Assembly: GCA_040256005.1 (NCBI GenBank) | Contig: JBDZWC010000012.1 | Coordinates: 1 to 36,815 of the forward strand | DNA from: Deinococcaceae bacterium | Lineage (GTDB): Bacteria > Deinococcota > Deinococci > Deinococcales > Trueperaceae | Direction: 5' to 3' | Length of the DNA stretch: 36,815 nt | In this document: positions 9,168 to 17,620 of the stretch, piece by piece | Layout of the letters: every line of letters starts with the position of its first letter | Numbering within the stretch: position 1 is the first letter of the stretch | The notes under the pieces: model-generated | Told to the model about the DNA's origin: nothing | Databases searched by the model: none | The model's input: the letters and a program-made list of their open reading frames with translations, nothing else | Position numbers and translations under genes: made by a program

Positions 9168-10376
9168 TCACGCTGGCACTTCACCCGCACTTCGGCTCGC
9201 GAACTGCAGAGCCTGCTCGAGGTCGCTGATCAGGTCGGATACATCCTCGATACCGGCCGAGTACCGCACCAGCGTCTCCGGGATGCCCATGGCGGCGCGC
9301 TCGGCCTCGGTCAGCTCCACGTGGCTGCCCGTACGCGGCGGGGCGACCGTGGTCTCCACGGCGCCGAGGTTGGCGGCCCGATGCGCGAAGCGGAGCTTTG
9401 GCAGGAGGTGCTTGACGGCGCTGAAGTCGCCCTTGAGCTGGAACGAGAGCATCCCACCGAAGCCGCGCATCTGGCGCTTCGCGACGTCGTGATTTGGGTG
9501 GCTCTCGAGGCCGGGGTAGTAGACGCGCTCCACGAACGGGTGGCCGTCGAGGAACCGCGCGACCTCGAGCGCGTTGGAGTTCTGGCGCTCGACTCTGAGC
9601 TGCAGCGTCTTCAGGCCGCGCAGGAGCATGTACGCCGCGTCGGGGTGGAGTGTGGCGCCGTTGACCTCCCGGTAGCGGAAGACCCGTTCCACCAGCTCGC
9701 GCGCTCCACAGAGAGCGCCGCCCAGGGCATCCGCGTGGCCCCCGAGGTACTTCGTCGCGCTGTGGATCACGAGGTCGGCGCCCAGGCCCAGCGGGTTCTG
9801 GTTGATGGGCGTGGCGAACGTGTTGTCCACGACGACCGTGGCGCCCCGAGCCTTGGCTCGCGTCGCGATGGCCTCTATGTCGAGGATCTTGCAGGTGGGG
9901 TTGGTCGGAGTCTCGAGATAGACCAGCGTGCAGCCCTCGTCGATCTCGGCGAGGATCCGGCCGTGGTCGTCGGTGTCACACAGCGCCACATCGATGCCGA
10001 AGCGCGGCACGTAGTTGAGGAAGAGCCGGTTCGTGCCTCCATAGGTGTCCTTGACCGACACGACCCTGTCGCCAGGCGCGAGCAACGTGAACAGGGTCGC
10101 GCTGATCGCCGCCATCCCTGTAGAGAAGCTGGTCGCGGCCTCGGCTCCCTCGAGTAGACGGATCTTCTCCTCGAATACCGCCGTCGTCGGGTTGGTGTTG
10201 CGGCCGTAGATGTGACCCTCGGCGTCGCCGAGCGCGACGTCGCGCCAGTGGTCCACGTCCTGGTACCCGAAGGCGACGCTGTTCACCACCGGGACCTGCG
10301 TGGCGCCGGCGATGAGGTCGCCCTCTTCGCCGCCCCATACCGCCAAGGTCGCTCGCTTCGCGTCTCCTTCGTTCAT
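9168..10376 (-). CDS. Cystathionine gamma-synthase/lyase family PLP enzyme
   Basis: YGRNTNPT, ETPTNP, VDNTFATP, HSATKYLGGHAD (PLP Lys) and NLGAVET; ATG 10376 follows GAGGGAGG. Confidence 0.9.
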   Translation of the reverse strand: MNEGDAKRATLAVWGGEEGDLIAGATQVPVVNSVAFGYQDVDHWRDVALGDAEGHIYGRNTNPTTAVFEEKIRLLEGAEAATSFSTGMAAISATLFTLLAPGDRVVSVKDTYGGTNRLFLNYVPRFGIDVALCDTDDHGRILAEIDEGCTLVYLETPTNPTCKILDIEAIATRAKARGATVVVDNTFATPINQNPLGLGADLVIHSATKYLGGHADALGGALCGARELVERVFRYREVNGATLHPDAAYMLLRGLKTLQLRVERQNSNALEVARFLDGHPFVERVYYPGLESHPNHDVAKRQMRGFGGMLSFQLKGDFSAVKHLLPKLRFAHRAANLGAVETTVAPPRTGSHVELTEAERAAMGIPETLVRYSAGIEDVSDLISDLEQALQFASRSAGEVPA

Positions 10377-10428
10377 GTCGTCCTCCCTCAACCGGGGCTC
10401 CCAGCCCGGTCGTCGCCACGCCGCGTGC

Positions 10429-11103
10429 TCACACGGGCTCCCCGGCTACCTCGAACGCGCCCAGGTAGTCGTTGATGCGGTGGATGCAGTCGATCATGTG
10501 GCGTCTTCTGGTCGCGGCGAGACCGGGTAGGTCTCCCTCCTCCAGCGCGGTGGCGCAGGCGCTTATCTCTTCCGCGAAGATCGTCACCTCACGGCGCCAG
10601 TCCAGGGCGGGCAGCGCCTGAGGCCAGACCCTGGCCGTGAGGTAGAAGAGCCTGTCCGCGATGTCCTTCAGCGGTTGGTTCCCGATGGCGCGAGTGACCG
10701 CTTCGTTGAACCGGAGGTACGCCCTCGCCAGCTCACGTGGTTCACCCAGGTCCGCCATCGCCACGACCTCGTCGTGAAGCTGCCGCAACTTGCGTATCTC
10801 CTCAGCGGACACCCAGTTGGCGTCCATCTCGCCTATGACGTCGATCAGCTTCAGGCGCAGCTCGTAGACCTGCTTGAGGTAGAGCATGTCGATGGGCGCG
10901 ACGATGGTGCCCACGCCCCTCTCGACGCTCACTAGCCCGTCGAACTCCAGCCGCTGCAGGACCTTCCTTATCGGTGTGCGGCTGATGCCGAACTCGGTGG
11001 CCAGACGGTTCTCGCTGAGGAGGCTGCCGGGCGGGTAGTCCAACAAAGCGATGCGCTCTCGCAGCGCTTCGTAGATGTCCTTGAAGCTGCGGTTGTCGGT
11101 CAC
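10429..11103 (-). CDS. GntR family (FCD/FadR-type) transcriptional regulator of the ectoine cluster
   Basis: wHTH YPPGSLLSENRLATEFGISRTPIRKVLQRL followed by an all-helical C-domain; start assigned to GTG 11103. Confidence 0.88.
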   Translation of the reverse strand: MTDNRSFKDIYEALRERIALLDYPPGSLLSENRLATEFGISRTPIRKVLQRLEFDGLVSVERGVGTIVAPIDMLYLKQVYELRLKLIDVIGEMDANWVSAEEIRKLRQLHDEVVAMADLGEPRELARAYLRFNEAVTRAIGNQPLKDIADRLFYLTARVWPQALPALDWRREVTIFAEEISACATALEEGDLPGLAATRRRHMIDCIHRINDYLGAFEVAGEPV

Positions 11104-11168
11104 GTGTGTCCCTTCGGGATGGACCGGACCAGCGGCGTGAACAGGTCGGCGGCCCCGGTTAGGAGCGA

Positions 11169-11198
11169 TTGACCGCGCCGAGCGACGAGAACTAGAAT
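11169..11198 (+). promoter_or_regulatory. Promoter for the EutD-like hydrolase
   Basis: TTGACC-N18-TAGAAT. Confidence 0.6.
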
Positions 11199-11229
11199 GC
11201 AACTCGTACGCTGGTTGTATACAAGTTGC
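11199..11229. promoter_or_regulatory. Putative GntR operator
   Basis: Perfect palindrome TTGTATACAA at 11215-11224, inside a longer imperfect repeat GCAACTCGTA...TACAAGTTGC. Confidence 0.7.
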
Positions 11230-11241
11230 TGACGCAGTTGG

Positions 11242-11270
11242 AGTCTACGGGGATGCCCCCAGGCTGTCAA
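11242..11270 (-). promoter_or_regulatory. Promoter for the gntR-PLP enzyme transcript
   Basis: TTGACA-N17-TAGACT on the minus strand. Confidence 0.7.
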
Positions 11271-11293
11271 CCTCGGCGTCCCCGGAGGCCACG

Positions 11294-12457
11294 ATGCGGG
11301 TCCACGATCAGTTGCCGTTCCCTATCGAGGAGTACGAGAGGCGCCTGGTCGCGCTCAGGGAGCGCATGGACGACCTGGGAGTCGTCGCGCTGCTGAGCAC
11401 GACCCCCGAGAACATCATCTACCTGACCGGGTTCGAGTCGCCGGGTCACTACTGGTGGCAGGGGATGATCGTGCCTCTCTACGGCGAGCCGACGACGCTC
11501 TCACGCCTGTTGGAAGTTAGCGGCGTGGACGCCCTGAGCTGGATCGAGCCTGACCACAACATCGCCTACCGCGACGACCAGGACCCCATGGAGGTTCTGG
11601 CCGGGCTGATGACCTCGATGGGTCTGGACCAGGGCCGCGTGGGTTTCGAGCGTGACTGTTGGTTCTTCACGGCAGCCCAGCAAGACCGGCTGTTCAAGCT
11701 GATGCCCAACGTCGAGTGGGTGGACTGCTCGTGGGTGGTCGAGAAGGGCCGAGTCGTGAAGTCCGAGCTCGAGATCGAGAAGATCACCGCCGCCGCCCGT
11801 ACCACCGAGGCCGGCATGCGCGCCGGCATCGACGCGGTCAGTTGCGACGCTAGCGAGGACGACGTGGCCGCCGAGCTGTTCAGCGCCATGATCCGCGCGG
11901 GCAGCGAGTGGCCCTCGATCGTGCCGTTCGTGTCCTCCGGCGAGCGGGGAGCCATCGGGCACGCGACTTGGCGTCACCGGCAGCTCAAGAACGGCGACTC
12001 GGTCTTCCTCGAAGCAGCCGGCTGTCGCAGCCGCTACCACGCGCCCATGATGCGGACGGTGCTGGTGGGAGAGCCGGACGAGGCCATGTTGCAGGCGTTC
12101 GACGCCGTGCAGGCTGCGTTCGACGCGGCGCTTGCGGCCATCAAGCCGGGCGTGCCTGCTGGCGACGTGGATCAGGTCGCCAGGCAGGTCATCGCAGAGT
12201 CAGGCTTTGGTGGCACCCAGGCGTCGCGACTCGCGTACTCGGTGGGCGTCGCGGTGCCGCCCGACTGGGGGGAGGGGCACATCCTCAGCATGAAGCCGGG
12301 CGAGAGCCGCGTGCTGCAGGAGAACATGACGTTCCACCTGCTTCCCTGGGTCCAGCTGCCCGGTTTCGGGGCCATGGGTTGCACGGAGACCATCCGTGTC
12401 ACCGCCGACGGTGCGGAGTGCATCACGAACTTCCCACGCGAGTTGTTCATGCGGTGA
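11294..12457 (+). CDS. M24 pita-bread hydrolase, ectoine hydrolase EutD/DoeA-like
   Basis: LPFPIEEYERRL, GHATW, FLEAAGCRSRYHAPMMRT, YSVGVAVPPDWGE and NMTFH mirror DoeA/EutD. The canonical dimetal ligand set of prolidases is absent. Divergent from the ehu cluster. Confidence 0.75.
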   Translation: MRVHDQLPFPIEEYERRLVALRERMDDLGVVALLSTTPENIIYLTGFESPGHYWWQGMIVPLYGEPTTLSRLLEVSGVDALSWIEPDHNIAYRDDQDPMEVLAGLMTSMGLDQGRVGFERDCWFFTAAQQDRLFKLMPNVEWVDCSWVVEKGRVVKSELEIEKITAAARTTEAGMRAGIDAVSCDASEDDVAAELFSAMIRAGSEWPSIVPFVSSGERGAIGHATWRHRQLKNGDSVFLEAAGCRSRYHAPMMRTVLVGEPDEAMLQAFDAVQAAFDAALAAIKPGVPAGDVDQVARQVIAESGFGGTQASRLAYSVGVAVPPDWGEGHILSMKPGESRVLQENMTFHLLPWVQLPGFGAMGCTETIRVTADGAECITNFPRELFMR

Positions 12458-12502
12458 GGCTCGGGCGGCCAGAGGGCTCAGGCAGGAACGCCGGGCCGCC
12501 GT

Positions 12503-13309
12503 TCAGATGTCCAGCACCGTGTCCAGGCCGCGATGGACACCTACGAGCTCACGGACTCTCCTGATGGCGAGCAGCGCACCGTCCACGTACGGCTCGGCTG
12601 AAGAACCGGCGTCCGTCCTGATGCTCAGTCGCTGGTCGGGCATGCCGAAGATGACCTCAGCGCCGATGCGGTAGCCAGGCAGCCTGATCGAGTGGACCTG
12701 GGCTCCTCCCAGGGTGGCGCCCCTCGCCGCGCGCTCGCCCACCGTCTCCTCGACGGTAACCTCTTGGTGGGCAGCCGCAACGTGGCCGAGCCTGGCCGCC
12801 AGCTCGCGCACAGTCCCGCTCGGAGCGTCCACCTTGGTTTCGTGGGCGTAATCGATGATCTCCCAATGAGGGATGAGCCTGGCCGCGGCCTCGGCGAACT
12901 TGAGCATGAGCACGACCGTGATGGCGAAGTTCCCGGCGGCCAACACGCCCCGGCCGGCCGCTCGTGCGACCGCGTCGATATCCGCGTAGTCCTCGTCGGT
13001 GAGGCCCGACGTTCCCACGACCACGTGGGCTCCGTGCTTCAGCGCGGCAAGCACGTTGCGTTTGGCGACGTCGGGCTTGGTGTACTCGACGAACACGTCG
13101 CACCCGTGAGCGGCCAGGGCCTCCTCGACGCTCGCATAGACCGGTGCGTCGGTCACGTCCTCGCCCAGCGCTGCGGCGAGCGTGCGGCCAGCGTGACTAC
13201 GCGTTACGGCGGCGCTCAGTTCCATGTCTTCCGTGCGGGTGATGCCTTTAGCGAGAGCGGAGCCGGCCCAGCCGGTCGCTCCGGCGAGGCAGACCTTGAT
13301 GGGTGTCAT
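12503..13309 (-). CDS. dapB: 4-hydroxy-tetrahydrodipicolinate reductase-like protein with an atypical active site
   Basis: Rossmann GATGWAG, VVVGTSG, AGNFA, KVDAPSGT and HSIRLPG; start moved to ATG 13309. Confidence 0.8.
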   Translation of the reverse strand: MTPIKVCLAGATGWAGSALAKGITRTEDMELSAAVTRSHAGRTLAAALGEDVTDAPVYASVEEALAAHGCDVFVEYTKPDVAKRNVLAALKHGAHVVVGTSGLTDEDYADIDAVARAAGRGVLAAGNFAITVVLMLKFAEAAARLIPHWEIIDYAHETKVDAPSGTVRELAARLGHVAAAHQEVTVEETVGERAARGATLGGAQVHSIRLPGYRIGAEVIFGMPDQRLSIRTDAGSSAEPYVDGALLAIRRVRELVGVHRGLDTVLDI

Positions 13310-13414
13310 GCGTCTATAGTGACCCCGCACCAAGAACCAGCGCGTCCCTCCCAACGCGCGAAAGCAGCCACGGCACGGACTCCGAGCGTGCGAGCGCTGC
13401 CTGAGGGGTGGGAG

Positions 13415-13645
13415 ATGGAACAGGTAACCGGATACACCCTCGTCGTCCTGGGCCTCGTGCTGTGCGTCGCGCAGGCGTTCTCCATGCTGCGGGACGTCTT
13501 CGCTCCCCGGCAGACGGTAGCGAAGGACGCCGTTGAAGTGCCCATCGCCGACATCGTCAAGCTGCTGATCGAGAAGCTACCGGCGGCGGCGCTGGGCGTG
13601 CTGTTCGTGTGGCTGGGGTCGGCGATCCTGGGATGGCTGGCGTGA
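13415..13645 (+). CDS. Small two-TM membrane protein, function unknown (76 aa)
   Basis: MEQVTGYTLVVLGLVLCVAQAF...LGVLFVWLGSAILGWLA with two hydrophobic helices and a purine-rich SD. It is the C-terminal part of track ORF 12692..13645. Confidence 0.65.
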   Translation: MEQVTGYTLVVLGLVLCVAQAFSMLRDVFAPRQTVAKDAVEVPIADIVKLLIEKLPAAALGVLFVWLGSAILGWLA

Positions 13646-13700
13646 ACGGCATACGGGCCGCCAACGAGCGATCGGTACCGGCTTGATGACTTAGACCGGC

Positions 13701-14360
13701 TCAGTTTCCGACCGGAGCGGTGAGCTGGCGCAAGTACGCGACTGTCCTCATGCGGTGCCGCCTCGCCAGCAGCTCAACGGCCAACGGGTCGACCGGGCGT
13801 TCGCGCAGAAGGCGCACCAGTTCGTCGTGTTCACCGATATCCTCCTCGGCCCGGTTGGGCACGAGGTGGAACGACGTGGCAGCCAACATGGTGTCGAGCT
13901 GGCTCCAGAAGACCCGGATGTTGTCGACGAGCTGGCCGTTGCCGGAAGACTCGAAGATCGTGAAGTGGAACTCGCGGTTGAGCTCGACGAACCAGCTCCA
14001 CATCTCCTGGTTCATGGCAGCTTGCAAGCGCTGGTTGATGCTGTGCAGCTTGGCGCTCAGAGCGCCCACGTTCTCCGCCGCCAGACCCGTCGCGTAGCCT
14101 TCTAGCACCGCGAGCACGGCGATCACCTCGGCGATCTCGTCCGCCGAGACCCATGCCACGACCGCGCCGACGTAGGGCGTGATCGTCACCAGCTTCTCCG
14201 CCTCCAGGCTGAGGAGCGCCTCCCGAACGGGCAGCACACTCGTCCCGATCTCCTCGGCGATCTGGCTGGCCGTGATCCGTTGACCCGGCAGCAGACGCTT
14301 CTCCAGGATCCGGCGCTTGATGAAGTCGTACGCCAGGTCCTTCTTGGTGGCGTTGGCCAT
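13701..14360 (-). CDS. GntR family (FCD) transcriptional regulator
   Basis: LLPGQRITASQIAEEIGTSVLPVREAL wHTH; FCD motifs NREFH and EH. Confidence 0.9.
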   Translation of the reverse strand: MANATKKDLAYDFIKRRILEKRLLPGQRITASQIAEEIGTSVLPVREALLSLEAEKLVTITPYVGAVVAWVSADEIAEVIAVLAVLEGYATGLAAENVGALSAKLHSINQRLQAAMNQEMWSWFVELNREFHFTIFESSGNGQLVDNIRVFWSQLDTMLAATSFHLVPNRAEEDIGEHDELVRLLRERPVDPLAVELLARRHRMRTVAYLRQLTAPVGN

Positions 14361-14391
14361 GTTGGGTCAATCTTATAAGATATTGACCAAC
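14361..14391. promoter_or_regulatory. GntR operator overlapping bidirectional -10 elements
   Basis: Perfect palindrome ATCTTATAAGAT at 14370-14381, flanked by GTTGG-GTCAA/TTGACCAAC. It contains TAAGAT on both strands, with TTGGCC 17 nt upstream on the plus strand. Confidence 0.7.
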
Positions 14392-14455
14392 GGGATCGCG
14401 GAGATGAGGGCCCGCGGCGGTCGAAGGGGCCGACGCGGCCGAGGAAGGGGAGCGT

Positions 14456-14941
14456 ATGGAGCCAGCGCCGGCACCCAGCACGGGGCGTCTTTACGAGGAT
14501 TTCGAGGTCGGCGCGGTGTATCGCCACTGGCCCGGACGCACGATCTCCGAGGCCGACAACTCCTGGTTCACGCTGCTTACGATGAACACGCATCCTCTGC
14601 ACTTCGATGGGGAGTACGCGGCCGGTACGCGGTTCGGGAGGCCGTTGGTGAACAGCTGCCTCACGCTTTCCATCGTCGTGGGCATGTCGGTGCGTGACGT
14701 CAGCCAAGCCGCTATCGCGAACCTTGGGTTCGACAGCGTGGAGCTGCCTGCCCCCGTGTTCAACGGCGATACCCTCTATGCCAGTTCGACGGTCCTGGAG
14801 AAGCGGGTGTCGAGGTCAGATCCCAGCCAGGGCATCGTTAAGGTCCGCACGATCGGGGCGAACCAGGGCGGCGTTGAGGTGCTGAGGCTGGAGCGCGCGG
14901 TGCTCGTTCCCCTACGCCGTGCGTCGCCGAGCAGCAGTTGA
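14456..14941 (+). CDS. MaoC family hydratase/dehydratase, RipB/Ich (itaconyl-CoA hydratase)-like
   Basis: YEDFEVG..HWPGRTISEADNSWFTLLTMNTHPLHFD, GMSVRDVS, ANLGFD, PVFNGDTLYA and QGIV, recalled as closely matching RipB-type hot-dog proteins. Confidence 0.85.
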   Translation: MEPAPAPSTGRLYEDFEVGAVYRHWPGRTISEADNSWFTLLTMNTHPLHFDGEYAAGTRFGRPLVNSCLTLSIVVGMSVRDVSQAAIANLGFDSVELPAPVFNGDTLYASSTVLEKRVSRSDPSQGIVKVRTIGANQGGVEVLRLERAVLVPLRRASPSSS

Positions 14942-14979
14942 CCGGAGCGCGTAAGTTCATATAGTCTCTCTTATAAGAT
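14938..14979 (+). promoter_or_regulatory. Internal promoter plus second GntR operator upstream of the ABC binding protein
   Basis: TTGACC-N16-TATAGT at 14938-14965, followed by TCTTATAAGAT at 14969-14979, the same core as 14370-14381. Confidence 0.7.
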
Positions 14980-15036
14980 TCACAACCGGTTCGACGGCTT
15001 GCCGCGCTAGAGCGGGGGGCCCGAGAGGAGATGCAT

Positions 15037-16593
15037 ATGCTTCGACAGGCCTCCAAGTGGCTCGCTCTCACGGTCCTGATGGTCGGTCTGGCCCTCGGCG
15101 GCGTCGCGACGGCCCAAGCCGAGCCGCAGTACGGCGGCAGCCTGCGGGTCGCCATCACGGGGGATCCACCGACGTTGGACCCCCATACCAGCACGGCTGT
15201 GATCGTGCTCGAGGTCACGTCCCACATCGCCGAGTACCTCTACGCACGCGATGCCGATGGGATCGTCCAACCCATGCTGGCGAGCGCTCTACCGGACGTG
15301 AGCTCGGACGGCCTGACGTATACGATCCCGCTGCGCTCCGGCGTCACGTTCCACGACGGCCAAGTCCTGGACGCTGACGACGTCGTCGCATCGCTTGACC
15401 GCTGGCGCCGAATCGGTACGGGCAAGAACTACCTCGGCGATGCCAGCATTGCGGCCGCGGATCCCCAGACGGTCGTCATCACGCTCACGGAGCCAGTCGG
15501 CGTGCTCACTTCCGTGCTCGGTTGGTCGGAGGGCGCGGCCGTGATCTACCCGGCCTCGCTCGTGGAGTCGGCGGGGGACGAGCCGATAGACGCCCCGGTT
15601 GGCACCGGTCCCTACAAGCTCAAGGAGTGGCGGCGGGGCCAGGAGGTCGTCTTGGAGCGCTTCGACGGGTATGCAAGTCGCGCCGAGGAGCCCTCTGGCG
15701 ACGCCGGCGCCAAGCATGCGTACCTCGACGAGATCCGTTTCATCGTCGTCTCGGACGCCGCCACGCGGCAGGCCGGCCTCGAGTCCGGCGAGTACGACGT
15801 CAACTACCGTGCCGCGGCCAGCGACCTGGAGCACATCGAGTCCTCTGACCGCATGTACGGCTGGATGATGCGCCCCGGCTACAACTACATCGGGCTCATC
15901 AACCACGCGTCACCACTGATGCAGAACCTGGAGCTCAGGCGGGCGCTGCAGGCCGCGCTGGACGTACACCCACTCGTGCTCGGGGCGTTCGGCGCCGAGG
16001 GCGTGTTCGCGCTGAACGCCAGCATCGTGCCTCCGGAGTACGGCGCGATGTACAACGACGCGGCAGGCACGCAGTACTACGACGTAGCGGACCAAGACCT
16101 GGCGAAGTCACTCCTCGCCGAGGCCGGCTACGACGGCACGCCGATCCGGTGGCTCACCTCTCGTGACTACGACTATCAGTACCGAGGCACGCTCATCGCC
16201 GTGGATCAGGTCAGCCAGGTGGGCATAGACAGCGAGATCATCGTGCGCGACTGGGCGACTACGGTCTCGCTACGCTCCGACCCGACGGCCTGGGACATCT
16301 TCATCGGCAACTTCACGATCGCTCCCGAGCCGGAGATGATCGCCTACCTCAACCCGAACTACCTGAACCACTACGAGGGCAGCGAGGAGTACCGCGCGCT
16401 GATGGAACAGCTTTCCTCCACGTCCGACCTCGCAGAGCGGCAGGCCGTGTGGGCGCAGGCGCAGGAGGAGTTCTACGAGGACGTCGGTGCGCTTCAGATG
16501 GCGAACGCCTTCCTCCTCAACGCGTACGGCTCGGACGTGCACGTCGAAGCCCGCTACTTCCTCTTCCAAGCCTGGAACACCTGGAAGGACTGA
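15037..16593 (+). CDS. ABC transporter substrate-binding protein, family 5 (DppA/OppA/NikA-like)
   Basis: Signal peptide ending ATAQA; DPPTLDP, LRSGVTFHDG and PVGTGPYKL; ATG 15037 is 6 nt after GAGGAG. Confidence 0.9.
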   Translation: MLRQASKWLALTVLMVGLALGGVATAQAEPQYGGSLRVAITGDPPTLDPHTSTAVIVLEVTSHIAEYLYARDADGIVQPMLASALPDVSSDGLTYTIPLRSGVTFHDGQVLDADDVVASLDRWRRIGTGKNYLGDASIAAADPQTVVITLTEPVGVLTSVLGWSEGAAVIYPASLVESAGDEPIDAPVGTGPYKLKEWRRGQEVVLERFDGYASRAEEPSGDAGAKHAYLDEIRFIVVSDAATRQAGLESGEYDVNYRAAASDLEHIESSDRMYGWMMRPGYNYIGLINHASPLMQNLELRRALQAALDVHPLVLGAFGAEGVFALNASIVPPEYGAMYNDAAGTQYYDVADQDLAKSLLAEAGYDGTPIRWLTSRDYDYQYRGTLIAVDQVSQVGIDSEIIVRDWATTVSLRSDPTAWDIFIGNFTIAPEPEMIAYLNPNYLNHYEGSEEYRALMEQLSSTSDLAERQAVWAQAQEEFYEDVGALQMANAFLLNAYGSDVHVEARYFLFQAWNTWKD

Positions 16594-16597
16594 GCTC

Positions 16598-16640
16598 GGT
16601 GGCGGGGCGCACCATGCCTGACGGTGCGTCCCGCCGCACC
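16598..16640 (+). terminator. Hairpin after the family 5 binding-protein gene
   Basis: GCGGGGCGCACC...GGTGCGTCCCGC inverted repeat. Confidence 0.5.
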
Positions 16641-16675
16641 AGGTGTGAGGTCCAGGGCCGCACGCGCCTCTTCGG

Positions 16676-17620
16676 ATGATCGCGTACGTAGCCCGCCGGC
16701 TCGGATCGATGCTCGCCACCATGTTGGTGGTGGGCATCGTCGTCTTCTTCGTCATCCACTCGGTGCCGGGGGATGTCACGTCGGCGCTCCTTGGTCAGGA
16801 CGCGACACCCGCACAGATACAGGCGCTGCGCCAGCGCCTGCAGCTGGACCAGCCGCTACCAGCTCAGTTCGTCGCCTGGCTGGGTGGCGTGCTGACTGGC
16901 GACCTAGGGAACAGCAACTACATGCGCATCCCGGTCATCGAGGCCATCTCGCAGCGGCTGGAACCGACAGCCATGTTGGCGCTGGCGGCGACCCTCGTCG
17001 CGGTAACGCTGGGCGTTGGCCTGGGAGCGCTGGCGGCCGTCAGGCACAACACGGCTGCCGACTACGTGGTCATGTTCATCGCGATGCTCGGCCTGTCACT
17101 ACCGACGTTCTGGCTAGGGCTGCTGATGATCATGCTGTTCGCGGTGAACCTGAACTGGCTGCCTGCGGCCGGATACGCGTCGGTAACACAGGCTCCGCTC
17201 GACACGCTCAGGTACCTGGTGATGCCCGCCGCTTCCTTGGGCTTCAGCCAGGCCGCCGTGATCGCGCGGATGACCAGGGCGAGCATGCTGGACGCCCTGC
17301 GCGAGGACTTCGTGCGAACGGCACGCAGCAAGGGCTTGCCCGAGCGCCGGGTGGTGGTACGCCACGCTCTGCGCAACGCGATGATGCCCGTCCTCACCGT
17401 CATCGGGCTGTCGATCGCCACCCTGGCTGGCGGCGTCGTCGTGACCGAGACCGTCTTCAACATCCCGGGTGCGGGTCGCCTCGTCATCGAGTCCGTGCAG
17501 CGTCGCGACTACCCGGTACTACAGGGCGCGGTCATCGTCGTCGCGCTCGTGTACGCGTTCATCAACCTGCTCGTCGACCTGAGCTATCTGGCGCTCGACC
17601 CGCGGGTGCGCTACTCGTGA
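16676..17620 (+). CDS. Peptide/nickel ABC permease (DppB-like)
   Basis: GDLGNS, SLPTFWLG, RTARSKGL..HALRNA and RDYPVLQG. Confidence 0.92.
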   Translation: MIAYVARRLGSMLATMLVVGIVVFFVIHSVPGDVTSALLGQDATPAQIQALRQRLQLDQPLPAQFVAWLGGVLTGDLGNSNYMRIPVIEAISQRLEPTAMLALAATLVAVTLGVGLGALAAVRHNTAADYVVMFIAMLGLSLPTFWLGLLMIMLFAVNLNWLPAAGYASVTQAPLDTLRYLVMPAASLGFSQAAVIARMTRASMLDALREDFVRTARSKGLPERRVVVRHALRNAMMPVLTVIGLSIATLAGGVVVTETVFNIPGAGRLVIESVQRRDYPVLQGAVIVVALVYAFINLLVDLSYLALDPRVRYS

